IMG/VR virus record: IMGVR_UViG_3300029945_000001
Span: 144,375-208,374 of that record
Length of the DNA stretch: 64,000 bases
Strand: one strand, 5' to 3'
The position numbers and the translations under genes were made by a program. Shown piece by piece: positions 1 through 9,665 of the stretch (within the stretch, counting starts at the first letter, position 1; every line of letters starts with the position of its first letter). Below the pieces are notes generated by a model. It made no database searches. It had not been told where the DNA came from and saw only the letters and a list, made by a program, of their open reading frames with translations.

Positions 1-2
1 AT

Positions 3-647
3 CCATTCGCTAAAGTTGTTTCTACGGCTTCTGGTGTTATGGGTGGATTATCTGGCGTGATTATTAGTTATGGTGTTAAAGCTTTAGGATTTAGTCCACA
101 GTTTGCTGCTATTTCGTCTGCTATATCTGTGGCTTCTATGGTTGTTAATGGTGTTAATATTGCTAGACAAGTTTCTAATTATGTTGGTATGGCACAAGAT
201 GCTGCTGCTACAGTAGATACCGATCCTGAAGCTGCTGAAGCTAAGATAGCTAAAATCGAAAATAATATGAATGGTGTAGATGAGGCAAATAAGGGCAAGA
301 AAGAGTTAAAGAACGGATCTGAAGTTAGTTCTTCTGTTCGTTCGGCTCAGGATGCTACCAAAGCTGCTAAATCTACAACAGACAAAATCAAGGATGTTGC
401 TTCTAATGTCGAATCGCAGTTAAAGAAAGTTGATGATGGCGATGGTAAAGATAAAGATAAGAAGAGAAGTTTATTTAAACGTATTTTAAATATCTTAGAG
501 AATGCATTTAAAAAGGTTAAAGGTGTTTTTGCTAGTGCTGGTAGATTTGTGTTAAAGATGTATAATTGGGTTAAGTCTAAAGTGACGAAGAGTAATCTTT
601 CTCCTGAAGATCAGACTGTTGAAGCTAAAATAGACAGTATTAAATAA
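3..647 (+). CDS. Hypothetical, probable virion/internal head protein (5' partial; frame open to window edge)
   Basis: Frame is open upstream of ATG 39 (PFAKVVSTASGVMGG...). Ala/Ser/Lys-rich helical composition. No catalytic motif. Confidence 0.45.
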   Translation, partial: PFAKVVSTASGVMGGLSGVIISYGVKALGFSPQFAAISSAISVASMVVNGVNIARQVSNYVGMAQDAAATVDTDPEAAEAKIAKIENNMNGVDEANKGKKELKNGSEVSSSVRSAQDATKAAKSTTDKIKDVASNVESQLKKVDDGDGKDKDKKRSLFKRILNILENAFKKVKGVFASAGRFVLKMYNWVKSKVTKSNLSPEDQTVEAKIDSIK

Positions 648-687
648 GTTATAGATAATAGGTTATTATTCTCCGAAGCTAGCTGTG

Positions 688-719
688 TGCAGAGAGGAGC
701 CATATGGCTCCTCTCTGCA
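688..719. terminator. Perfect 32-bp palindrome, bidirectional terminator between convergent genes
   Basis: tgcagagaggagccat|atggctcctctctgca. Confidence 0.75.
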
Positions 720-734
720 TATCGCTTATATATT

Positions 735-3293
735 TTACAATCTATCAATTTTAACATGTTCATTATAAACTTCAGGTACTAAAATATTAGTATCATTTAA
801 AACAATAACATTAGAATTCGAAATACCATCACTAACAATAGCATGATGATTGATCATAAACAATTGACCAACAATGTGTTCATCTATGATAGTGTTTAAT
901 AATGTTAATAACTTTTGTTTATGATAAACATCTAAAGGCCTATCTATCTCATCGAGATATAAAGGAAATGTACTAAGCTCTAACTTAACAGCTAATCCTA
1001 ATATAAAACAAAGATCTAATATAGCTTTTTGTCCATCAGAACAATTACCAATCTCATTAGGTTCATCTTGATCACCAATATTAATATACAAAACATAATC
1101 TAACGGATCATTCATATCAATTACTTTAAACTCTAAGGGATATGCTGAAATATACTGAATAAAGAAATTAGCATTTTCCAAAACACCATTTATAAAATCA
1201 ACAGTATACTCGTGCGGTATACCCATATTAGGAGAAAGTATCTTTTCAAATTCAATATATAAAGCTTTTCTTTCTTCAATCTTACTGATTGAAACTAATA
1301 TCTCTTCTGAGTATCGTGCATTGATATTTTCTTGTTTACTAATAATACTACTAATTTCACCTAATCTTTGAACATTATTATTTTTTCTTTCTATTTCAAA
1401 CTCTAATAATTTTTTGTTTAACAATATTTCAAATTCGAGAGTAGTATTTCTTTCATAAGTTTTTATAAGATCTTTTGAAGTCTCTATAAAGTTCATAATT
1501 TCTTTATATTTCTGTATTAATAATAGTTCTTCTTTCTTATTTGATATTTCAGTATTGAGTTTAAAAAATATGTTTTTGTTCTCTTGTATCTTCATAGATT
1601 TCTCTATTGATAACTTTTCCATAAATTCAATACTAATAGATTTAGATTGTTCTATTTTTAGTTTTAAGTCAAGTGTCTCATTATATTCTTTTTCTATTTT
1701 CTTAAATTCATAATAATGTTTAGAATTTAAGAAATGGTTATATATTTTACTAGTAATGATTAGTGGATTTGTATTTAAAACTTCTTTAATATTGACATCT
1801 TGTATAGTAGTACGTAAGTATCTATATTCGTTCAGATAGTTCATGACAGACTTAATATTTTCAAATACTATTTCCATGTTTCTAATCTTAATGTTAAGAT
1901 GAACTAAGTAGTTTTTAAGTCTATTTAATCTATGATTAAATATATGCATATCTTTTATGTTTTTATCATCTTGAACTTTATATTCATCATAAGACGTCAT
2001 ATACATTTTAAAGAGTTGACAACCAGATAATTTACAGTCTTGTGGTATTCCTATTTCATATCTCTGCATTCTTTCTTTAAGATAATTTTCTTTTTCTAAA
2101 CATTGAATAAGCTTAGAACTATAAGAAGCAGATTTCAAAGACCATTTGTCTAGTTTTTGTTTATATCTAAGAATATCTACATTTGTAAACAACGGACCTT
2201 TGTATTCAATGAAATATTGAAGATGATTTTCTAGTATATCGATATGATCTTGTGTAAATTCTAATAAGTCTTCAGAAATAGGATTTTCTATAGTTTTATA
2301 ATTCTTTAATAAATCAAATCTGCCTTTTAAATAAACAAGTTTATCTTCAGTATCGATAATGAGTGTAGTGTCTTCATGTTCTTTTATATATGTCTGACAT
2401 TGTTCATAATCTTTAACAAGTTCCATTAAATCTTGTTCTAAAGTTTCTTTCTGTGTCGTTAGTTTATTAATATTCATATTTGTATCGGTTTCTAATATAT
2501 TGATATCTACATTAATAAATTGTTTAAATTCAGAAAACCATTTTCTATATGACAGTAGTCTTTTATTAAGAGAGTTCAAGTCTATAGTACCAATATTGAT
2601 ATTATTCTTTTCTTTAATGTACTCATCTATTTTAGATTCTAATCTAGCAATAGTTGTAATTTGATTTGGAATATCATTAACAAGTTGTTTATTCTCTTCT
2701 ATTAAACTATTATAAATCTCTTCAGATAACAATTGTTGTTCTAATGCATTTTTCCTAGAATATAAAGATGATAGATTATTCTGACAAGATCTTATTTGAC
2801 CGGTTACTTTTTTATAATAGTCAAAAATGAATTTTAGATTACATGGATTTATGATCATTAGAAATGTTTTTAAATTACCGGGAGCCATGCCGCTTACTTT
2901 ATAATTTAGATAACATAAATCATGTACATTTTTAGAATAACCAAAATATTGTTCTACTAACTCTTCTTGGATACTCGTATTCCCACTTTCATTTAATTCT
3001 TCATCTGTACTAATTTTATAGAAAGAATGAGGAGATGTCTTTTTCTTATAGTCTGATGTTAAAATGTAATCTTCTCCATGGTCATCGGTAGCATATATTT
3101 TTCTATATCCATCTTCATAATAATTTGTTTTTACAGACGGTCTTAAGTTACATTCTTTTAACAATGATGTTTTACCATGACCATTTGGACTAATAATAAT
3201 TTGAACTAATTCTTCAAATGTAATATCAAGTGTTTCAATTCCAGTAAATCTAAACATAATTAACTTATGTATTATAAGTCTTGTTATTTTCAT
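735..3293 (-). CDS. sbcC: SbcC/Rad50-like SMC ATPase
   Basis: N-terminal Walker A SPNGHGKTS, long coiled coil with central CxxxxC (DCKLSGC), signature CSDGQ, Walker B LYLDEID, H-loop INHH. Confidence 0.92.
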   Translation of the reverse strand: MKITRLIIHKLIMFRFTGIETLDITFEELVQIIISPNGHGKTSLLKECNLRPSVKTNYYEDGYRKIYATDDHGEDYILTSDYKKKTSPHSFYKISTDEELNESGNTSIQEELVEQYFGYSKNVHDLCYLNYKVSGMAPGNLKTFLMIINPCNLKFIFDYYKKVTGQIRSCQNNLSSLYSRKNALEQQLLSEEIYNSLIEENKQLVNDIPNQITTIARLESKIDEYIKEKNNINIGTIDLNSLNKRLLSYRKWFSEFKQFINVDINILETDTNMNINKLTTQKETLEQDLMELVKDYEQCQTYIKEHEDTTLIIDTEDKLVYLKGRFDLLKNYKTIENPISEDLLEFTQDHIDILENHLQYFIEYKGPLFTNVDILRYKQKLDKWSLKSASYSSKLIQCLEKENYLKERMQRYEIGIPQDCKLSGCQLFKMYMTSYDEYKVQDDKNIKDMHIFNHRLNRLKNYLVHLNIKIRNMEIVFENIKSVMNYLNEYRYLRTTIQDVNIKEVLNTNPLIITSKIYNHFLNSKHYYEFKKIEKEYNETLDLKLKIEQSKSISIEFMEKLSIEKSMKIQENKNIFFKLNTEISNKKEELLLIQKYKEIMNFIETSKDLIKTYERNTTLEFEILLNKKLLEFEIERKNNNVQRLGEISSIISKQENINARYSEEILVSISKIEERKALYIEFEKILSPNMGIPHEYTVDFINGVLENANFFIQYISAYPLEFKVIDMNDPLDYVLYINIGDQDEPNEIGNCSDGQKAILDLCFILGLAVKLELSTFPLYLDEIDRPLDVYHKQKLLTLLNTIIDEHIVGQLFMINHHAIVSDGISNSNVIVLNDTNILVPEVYNEHVKIDRL

Positions 3294-3410
3294 AACAAAC
3301 CTTTCTTTGAAAGGAAGTTATAAAATGAACCTATTTATTAATATGTAACTTTTATTAAAATACTTAATTTCTTTATTTTATAAGAATGTTCCAAAAATGG
3401 GTGATGTTAC

Positions 3411-3423
3411 AAATATATATTAC
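3411..3423 (+). promoter_or_regulatory. Putative early (virion-RNAP) promoter AAATATATATTAC
   Basis: Contains TATATTAC, the phiKZ early promoter consensus; intergenic; recurs at 39510, 45889 and 53914. Confidence 0.7.
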
Positions 3424-3479
3424 TCATAAGGAGCATTTCAACAGAAGTTCCTTTTTAGATATATCAATCGGAGTTAGAC

Positions 3480-3983
3480 ATGACTAAGACCGCTGAAGTT
3501 ACCACCAAGGAAGTCACCATCAAGGAAGTCACCACCAAACCCCGTTATGTGGAGCTGGCTGAAAAGCTGACTGAGCTCGCCAAGGCTGGTGACAAGAGCA
3601 CTGTCGTTGCCTGGGGTGCCGCCGCTCCCATCGTCGAAGCTGTGACCGGGACCGATGCCGGCATGTTCAAGCAGGTCAATGACACCATCGGCGACCTCTC
3701 GAATGCCGCTATCACCATGGCCGGCACCGGACTTATTCCCAAGATCGAAGAAGCCAAGAAGGACGGTATCGATCCGTCTGAATTGACCTATCGTGCACGC
3801 ATCGCCATTCCGGGCGGATCTGTTGCTGCGATCGTTCGTGCCGAATCGACCTCGCGCAATCCTCGCACTGGCGAAACGAAAGCTGTCTATGGCCGGGCAG
3901 CCGTCGAAGTCAACTTCGATGCCGCCATCGACAAGGACAATGTGGCTTCATTCTCGAATCGTATCGCCACGCTCCTGGGTTAA
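3480..3983 (+). CDS. Divergent HU/IHF-like DNA-binding protein with N-terminal extension
   Basis: IAIPGGSVAAIVRAESTSRNPRTGETKAV aligns to the HU arm ([30 protein letters not shown]); GC-rich codon use; RBS ggag. Confidence 0.6.
   Translation: MTKTAEVTTKEVTIKEVTTKPRYVELAEKLTELAKAGDKSTVVAWGAAAPIVEAVTGTDAGMFKQVNDTIGDLSNAAITMAGTGLIPKIEEAKKDGIDPSELTYRARIAIPGGSVAAIVRAESTSRNPRTGETKAVYGRAAVEVNFDAAIDKDNVASFSNRIATLLG
3495..3539 (+). repeat. 3 x 15-bp in-frame tandem repeat (EVTTK/EVTIK/EVTTK)
   Basis: gaagttaccaccaag gaagtcaccatcaag gaagtcaccaccaaa. Confidence 0.9.
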
Positions 3984-4004
3984 GCCGACGTCATCGGCTT
4001 TGAA

Positions 4005-4033
4005 CATACGAGGAGCCACTGGCTCCTCGTATG
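4005..4033. terminator. Bidirectional terminator hairpin
   Basis: catacgaggagcc-act-ggctcctcgtatg between convergent genes. Confidence 0.75.
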
Positions 4034-4039
4034 TCATTT

Positions 4040-4657
4040 TTAGTTTTTAGCTCGTACAGATTCTGCTAAGATAAGATCGTCTAAATATATCTTAATAAAT
4101 GTATGGCCAATAGCAATAGCATCAGCTTCGTGTTCAGTTAGTAATTTGATAGGATTTGCTTTAGTATCTCTAATGATAATATCTTTATTATTAAGAACAC
4201 AATACTGAACAGTATCTTTATCAGATCCACCACTATTAGAAATACATTTCTTTACTTCTCTAGGAGCAATAGTTACAATATTCTTTTTAACGTGTTTGTG
4301 AGATAATCTACGAATAAGATGAATGATCAATACAAGGACACTAAATGCATCAATGAATTTATGAGCAAATGCACCTTCACAACAAACGTAGTCTGGCCCA
4401 TACATACTAAACATTTTATTTAAAGCAATTTCTAAACTAGAAAGAACAAAGTATCGTTCTCCGAATTCACTAATAACTAATTTATCTTCATCAGTTTTAG
4501 CTTTTAATAATGATTTTGCAGTTAATGTTCCATAAGCATATACTGTTTCAGTGCCTTTCTTAATATTGTAATCGATGACACTCCATCCAAGATTTCTTAA
4601 TCCAGGATCTATAGAGAAAATTCTATAATTTACTTTTTCTGTCATCTTAATTATCAC
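4040..4657 (-). CDS. ruvC: RuvC-like Holliday junction resolvase
   Basis: SIDPGLRNLGWS (Asp1), VCCEGAF (Glu), APREVKK...G.SDKD.V, EHEADAIAIG. Confidence 0.9.
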   Translation of the reverse strand: MIIKMTEKVNYRIFSIDPGLRNLGWSVIDYNIKKGTETVYAYGTLTAKSLLKAKTDEDKLVISEFGERYFVLSSLEIALNKMFSMYGPDYVCCEGAFAHKFIDAFSVLVLIIHLIRRLSHKHVKKNIVTIAPREVKKCISNSGGSDKDTVQYCVLNNKDIIIRDTKANPIKLLTEHEADAIAIGHTFIKIYLDDLILAESVRAKN

Positions 4658-4713
4658 CCTAATAAATTTTAACCTAGCCCTATAAATATGTTTATCAAAA
4701 GAAAGGACAAACT

Positions 4714-5271
4714 ATGGCTTTTTCAAAATGGTTAGTTTTTAAACATCGTACAAAAGAAATTACGGGAGATATTGATTTATCGAATTATATAATTGGTAAA
4801 CTCGATATCGATGAAAAAGAAGTTGAAACTATTAGTAGTTATATGAATGAACTTATTAAATATGGCGGTATTCCTTATGGTATTAATATGGAGTTTTTAA
4901 TTAAAACTATTAGAAATACTTTTAAATCTACACACATTCCGGCATATATTGTATCTTTATTTAGTGTTATGGTTGGTGAATTTGTTTTATTGAGTCTCAT
5001 TCTACTACAGAAAATAGGATACATTATTGGATTTACGAGATTAACATTTATTTCAGATAAAGTAGATAATTCATATAAGAAATTTAAATTTGGTGTATCT
5101 TTGAATTTATACATTTCTAGAACATATTCTCATACAACAAGTATTATTGGTTTAGTAGTTTTTATTATATTTATTCCAGTATTTGTTATTAAAGATATCA
5201 TAGACTTTATTCGTATGTTTATATATGTTGAGAAAATTAAATATACACGTTTTTCCATGGAGGATCTGTAA
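4714..5271 (+). CDS. Hypothetical membrane protein
   Basis: Two hydrophobic stretches (AYIVSLFSVMVGEFVLLSLILL; IIGLVVFIIFIPVFVI). Confidence 0.55.
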   Translation: MAFSKWLVFKHRTKEITGDIDLSNYIIGKLDIDEKEVETISSYMNELIKYGGIPYGINMEFLIKTIRNTFKSTHIPAYIVSLFSVMVGEFVLLSLILLQKIGYIIGFTRLTFISDKVDNSYKKFKFGVSLNLYISRTYSHTTSIIGLVVFIIFIPVFVIKDIIDFIRMFIYVEKIKYTRFSMEDL

Positions 5272-7688
5272 TGGAGTTTTCATCATCTAAAATTATTAAA
5301 ACAGAATATGTACGTATTATTAATGAGATTACTGATGTTTATACAAAACGTCACATCGTTGATTATAAAAAGAGTATTCTTATACAAGACCTTTATCCAA
5401 ATTTAGATAAATATATGAAAGAAACTTATACTATTGATAAATATCTAAACGATCTTGTTAGTAGATTGGAAGGTAATATTTTTGTTGACTATGTCACTAT
5501 TTATCATGAGTCAAAACGTATTCTTATTTCTATAAATCCTGATGCTATTAAATACGGTGCCGCAAAAGCAAAAACCCTACATATGCAATATGTTACTGAT
5601 TTGTATGGTAAAATTTCTAAAGCTATTATTGATGGCGATGGTAAGATATTTACTGTATATGAATATATGAAAAATAAAGTTTTCAAGGATGTTCGTGAAG
5701 CATTAACAGATTGTCCCCCAACTAAGTATATCACATTTAAATGTTTTGATAAAGAGTTTAAATTGAATGTTGTCGAATATAAACTTATTAAAACAATTAC
5801 TGAAGGTACTAGGGTAATATTCCAGTTTGAGAAATATAATGAAAAATCAACTGATGATGTAGCTAATTATGAACATACATTGAAACGCCTTTCGGATTTT
5901 ATTATTTCTGCATATAATAAAAGAAAGACTAAACTGACAATTAAATCAGGATTGATAGTAGAACTATTGTTAGAGAAAGAAAAATTTGGTATTACTAAAG
6001 ATATTATTAACTATATTAATGAAAAATATGGTTATAGTCTTTTTAATATAAACGAAGCTACATGTATTGTTGTATTCACTAATAATAAGTTTAATAACAC
6101 ACAAGACAACGAGGTCTGCATGACAACGATACAAGAATATACCGAAAATATTTGTAATGTGGCTCGTGAAAAAACTGAAGAATATATTCAAAACATTACT
6201 TCAGGTGATATTATTTCTGGTACTACTTTTATTATGGAAAAAGATAATAACATTGATTTAAATAAAGTTATTAAACTCTTAAAAACTCTTACTATTTATG
6301 CTGAAAAGAAATTCTATCTTAATGATATTGCATATCCTATTGCTAGATATAATGTAAATTTTGATAAATCTGAAGAATGTATTGCGGGTACAAGATTTTA
6401 CTTTAATTTTACTAAAGCAAATATTGATGAAATTAATATGAATCAAAGAATTAAATATGAAGAAAATTTGAAGATTAAAGAAGCTATACATACACTTAAA
6501 TCCGAAACAGATCATTTTAAACATATTAAAATTACTAGTAATAAATATGTCTGCGATGAACTTTATAAACATAAACAATATATTGAAGAAGTATATAACT
6601 TTGTGACATTGTGGGGTGTGACTATAGATGGTGAACAACTAAGTATTACTTTTCATCGCTTTTGTTTACTGGCAAAAAAGCCGTATCGTGTTAAAATAAT
6701 TTTACATAATGAGAAAGAAAAATTAAATAAAAAATCTGAATATAAAACTACTGGTCGTGAAGGTACAGAAGGTGTTATTGAACATATCGTTCCAGATAGC
6801 TATGTACATGTTGATGAGAATGACCACTATTCAAAGTTTAGAGACATTTGTAATCAGATTGTTCTTAAAGCTTGTAAAATTGGTGAAGATGTTGTTAATG
6901 ATAGTAAATTTAATATTATACATACAAATGATATCCATGTCCAAACTACTGAACTTAGTTTTCTTAAAATAGATGATATTATTAAATATATTAAGAATAA
7001 ATCTATTTATGTTGAGGAATATTTTACTATAAACGATATTAAATATCCTATTCGTAAGTATGGTTTGAAGTATAGAAGTTATAGTAATGATTGTTTTATA
7101 TTTAGTATTAGGGTAAAACCACCAGAACTTATTGAGTGGTCAGAACATCATACATACTCTAACAATATTGATTTGAAAACAATACTTGGAACCTTGGTAC
7201 TGAGAAAAGATATACCGAGCAAATGTAATACTAATGAAATCGTAATTAGTAATCCTTATATTGTTAAAGAACTAGTTAAACATCATAAGTATATTGAGAA
7301 GATTACTAATTGGAAGCTGATGAGCTATATAGAGGATTGTGTTACATTTAAATACTTTGATGATTATGATAAAGTTGAGAAAAACACCAGTCCTACCATT
7401 AAAGTAGATTATACAGATAATCTTATTAATTATAAAACTTATATTAAAGAATTCCGTAAAGATATGGATGCTGTTGCTTTTATTAATATACTTCTTCGTT
7501 CCAGTATATTTGTTTTAAATAATAAACATATTGGTCAAGATTTTCATCAGTCTTCATACATTATTGATATTATTGGAGATGATGTATATGATAAATTAAC
7601 TCCAGAAGTTAATGAAATCTTTAATAACAATGATTATTATACTGGTGATATGGATGAAAATGGTATTCGTATTAAATTGAAGAAATAG
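5271..7688 (+). CDS. Hypothetical 805-aa protein with internal repeats and an embedded RNAP-beta-like segment
   Basis: Long ORF coupled to the upstream stop. Repeated F-x-x-N-D-I-x-Y-P-I / EL-x-KH-x-x-YIE units. Contains YKTTGREGTEGVIEHIVP. Confidence 0.75.
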   Translation: MEFSSSKIIKTEYVRIINEITDVYTKRHIVDYKKSILIQDLYPNLDKYMKETYTIDKYLNDLVSRLEGNIFVDYVTIYHESKRILISINPDAIKYGAAKAKTLHMQYVTDLYGKISKAIIDGDGKIFTVYEYMKNKVFKDVREALTDCPPTKYITFKCFDKEFKLNVVEYKLIKTITEGTRVIFQFEKYNEKSTDDVANYEHTLKRLSDFIISAYNKRKTKLTIKSGLIVELLLEKEKFGITKDIINYINEKYGYSLFNINEATCIVVFTNNKFNNTQDNEVCMTTIQEYTENICNVAREKTEEYIQNITSGDIISGTTFIMEKDNNIDLNKVIKLLKTLTIYAEKKFYLNDIAYPIARYNVNFDKSEECIAGTRFYFNFTKANIDEINMNQRIKYEENLKIKEAIHTLKSETDHFKHIKITSNKYVCDELYKHKQYIEEVYNFVTLWGVTIDGEQLSITFHRFCLLAKKPYRVKIILHNEKEKLNKKSEYKTTGREGTEGVIEHIVPDSYVHVDENDHYSKFRDICNQIVLKACKIGEDVVNDSKFNIIHTNDIHVQTTELSFLKIDDIIKYIKNKSIYVEEYFTINDIKYPIRKYGLKYRSYSNDCFIFSIRVKPPELIEWSEHHTYSNNIDLKTILGTLVLRKDIPSKCNTNEIVISNPYIVKELVKHHKYIEKITNWKLMSYIEDCVTFKYFDDYDKVEKNTSPTIKVDYTDNLINYKTYIKEFRKDMDAVAFINILLRSSIFVLNNKHIGQDFHQSSYIIDIIGDDVYDKLTPEVNEIFNNNDYYTGDMDENGIRIKLKK
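6741..6821 (+). repeat. Dispersed repeat, near-copy of 55127-55207 (RNAP beta catalytic-lysine region)
   Basis: First 24 nt identical; 49/54 and 68/81 identical by manual alignment; same reading frame. Confidence 0.9.
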
Positions 7689-7694
7689 ACAATT

Positions 7695-7730
7695 ATAAGG
7701 GGGTACGGGCAATTGCCCGTACCCCCTTAT
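7695..7730. terminator. Perfect 36-bp palindrome, bidirectional terminator
   Basis: ataagggggtacgggcaa|ttgcccgtacccccttat between convergent genes. Confidence 0.75.
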
Positions 7731-7731
7731 T

Positions 7732-9510
7732 TCAATATCGTGCTACATTCTTATGTTCTATGCATACAGGGTTATTTTTTAAACTTTCTAAGAATAATTT
7801 GTTCATATCACTATAATTCGGTAATCCAAAATAAGTATTCATTATCTGTACACTATTTTCATCAGTACTAATAAATAATGAGAAGAATCTCTGTGTTTTA
7901 TTTTTATCCATACCTTCAATTAAATAAGCACTATTTAATTTAGTTTCTTTACTGATATTCATAACACATTCTACTGTTGGATAAAATGCGCTAAAATCAA
8001 TATCATTCACGAAACTTCGCATTAGTGATTTAATACCAGTCATATCTCTAAAGATATTAATGCCTAGATCATAAGTCTTTTCTGGTCTTAGAACTGCACC
8101 ACCAGTTTTACCCAACATCCAATCAAATTCATTAAACATAGTTCGTCCTGTACTAACAAGGACTTTACCTTCTTGTAGAATATCAAAGTAGAGATCGTCA
8201 GCAGCTTTGCGAGTTTGTCTAGACCATTTACACAATCTACTTGGCCCAGCCAACATAACCATCTGTTCTTCATCACGATTTTTCCATTCCATGATTTGTA
8301 ATGAAATACAATCGAATTGGTTATAAAGAATGTATTTCAAAAATTCATTTCTTTGCATATACCGATGCCAGTTGGTATCAGTTAATTCTGCAATAATTGG
8401 ATCGGCATCTTTAAATGTTAATTTGCCAACACCGATATTCTTATGCAAGATATCATCTAGTTTATAAGAGGTTTCTTTACCAATAACTGTTCTTAATAAG
8501 CTATATAACGAAGTGGCATTCGTGAATTGACTTCCGCTAGTTGAATGAAACCAATCCCATTTCTTTGTAAAATGATCTACTTTGCTATGGTCGGTGTCAT
8601 ACTTAACTTTTTTATATTTTTTCGCTAATCCTGGATAACACATGATATCTTCTACATTACCATTTAATCTTTGAATGTTTCTAATAACTTGAGGAATATC
8701 ATAACCCATATTCCATATACCAATAAAATCAGTCATATTAACATGGATCTGTTCAAAGATCCATTTGATACATTCTAATAAGTCATCGTGTAAAAAATAC
8801 TGATATTCAAATTTAGGAATCCTAACTTTAGGAAGGGCTTTTCTAATAGATTCGATATGTGGCTCCAATACTTCGTCTTTTAATTTAATTAATTCATCTA
8901 GAGAAGCATCGACAAACCTATCTTTACCATCGATGATTATTCTTTTCTTAAAGAACTTTTTCCATATAGCAGTATAGACTTTATTTTCATGAGTCACAGT
9001 AATGAGATTAATATCTTTACCATTTGTTTCTAACATATCAGCTTCAGTATCGAAAAATCCAGTTGTAACAGCAGATGGTCTTAATCCACTTTTTTCAAAT
9101 GTTTTCTGTAAAGCTCCTTTAATTAATACTTCAATATGGATATCAGCACCATAGACATAAGGACTATCGCATAATTGATTTAATTGAGGATTTCTTCTAG
9201 GATAAAATCCATTTAGCCTATGAAATAACTCTCTTGGTAATTCATGATTATAAACATCATACTTATCAAGATTTTCCATATATTCATATTCTTTTTTATA
9301 CTTATGTGTTCTTAATCCAGGTTTTGTTAAATAAAAACTCCTTTTAGGTTTATCGATAACAATAACTTCTGGGGTTGATATTCCCATGTGGTGTCTATTA
9401 ACTTTAGCAACAACTGCATCACCGTCTTCATAATCAACATGACAACTATGAACAAATTCATAAACAGGTTTTTCATTATAGACATTGATAGGTTCTGGGT
9501 TACTTGACAT
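7732..9510 (-). CDS. Family-B DNA polymerase, 3'-5' exonuclease plus motif A half (split polymerase of phiKZ-like phages)
   Basis: ExoI FFDTEAD, ExoII WNMGYDIP, SYKLDDI, ExoIII YNQFD, polymerase motif A DIDFSAFYP; motifs B and C absent. Confidence 0.85.
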   Translation of the reverse strand: MSSNPEPINVYNEKPVYEFVHSCHVDYEDGDAVVAKVNRHHMGISTPEVIVIDKPKRSFYLTKPGLRTHKYKKEYEYMENLDKYDVYNHELPRELFHRLNGFYPRRNPQLNQLCDSPYVYGADIHIEVLIKGALQKTFEKSGLRPSAVTTGFFDTEADMLETNGKDINLITVTHENKVYTAIWKKFFKKRIIIDGKDRFVDASLDELIKLKDEVLEPHIESIRKALPKVRIPKFEYQYFLHDDLLECIKWIFEQIHVNMTDFIGIWNMGYDIPQVIRNIQRLNGNVEDIMCYPGLAKKYKKVKYDTDHSKVDHFTKKWDWFHSTSGSQFTNATSLYSLLRTVIGKETSYKLDDILHKNIGVGKLTFKDADPIIAELTDTNWHRYMQRNEFLKYILYNQFDCISLQIMEWKNRDEEQMVMLAGPSRLCKWSRQTRKAADDLYFDILQEGKVLVSTGRTMFNEFDWMLGKTGGAVLRPEKTYDLGINIFRDMTGIKSLMRSFVNDIDFSAFYPTVECVMNISKETKLNSAYLIEGMDKNKTQRFFSLFISTDENSVQIMNTYFGLPNYSDMNKLFLESLKNNPVCIEHKNVARY

Positions 9511-9598
9511 AAGAGATCCTTGATGTCTTATGTTGAAAATACATATGATGTCGGTCTTTAAGTTAATTTAATTTTTGATTTATACAAAAAAATACACA

Positions 9599-9624
9599 GG
9601 ATGGTGAGCTTTCGCCCACCATCC
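9599..9624 (-). terminator. Intrinsic terminator after major capsid gene
   Basis: Minus strand GGATGGTGGGC-GAAA-GCTCACCATCC followed by a T-rich run. Confidence 0.8.
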
Positions 9625-9665
9625 CATGCATCACGTGTTTTTCGACTTTGACTTATTCGCAGGTA

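Noticed and set aside
6741-6821. Diversity-generating retroelement template/variable pair with 55127-55207
   Set aside because: Mismatches are mostly A/G transitions but run in both directions and include non-A sites; no reverse transcriptase gene is in the window.
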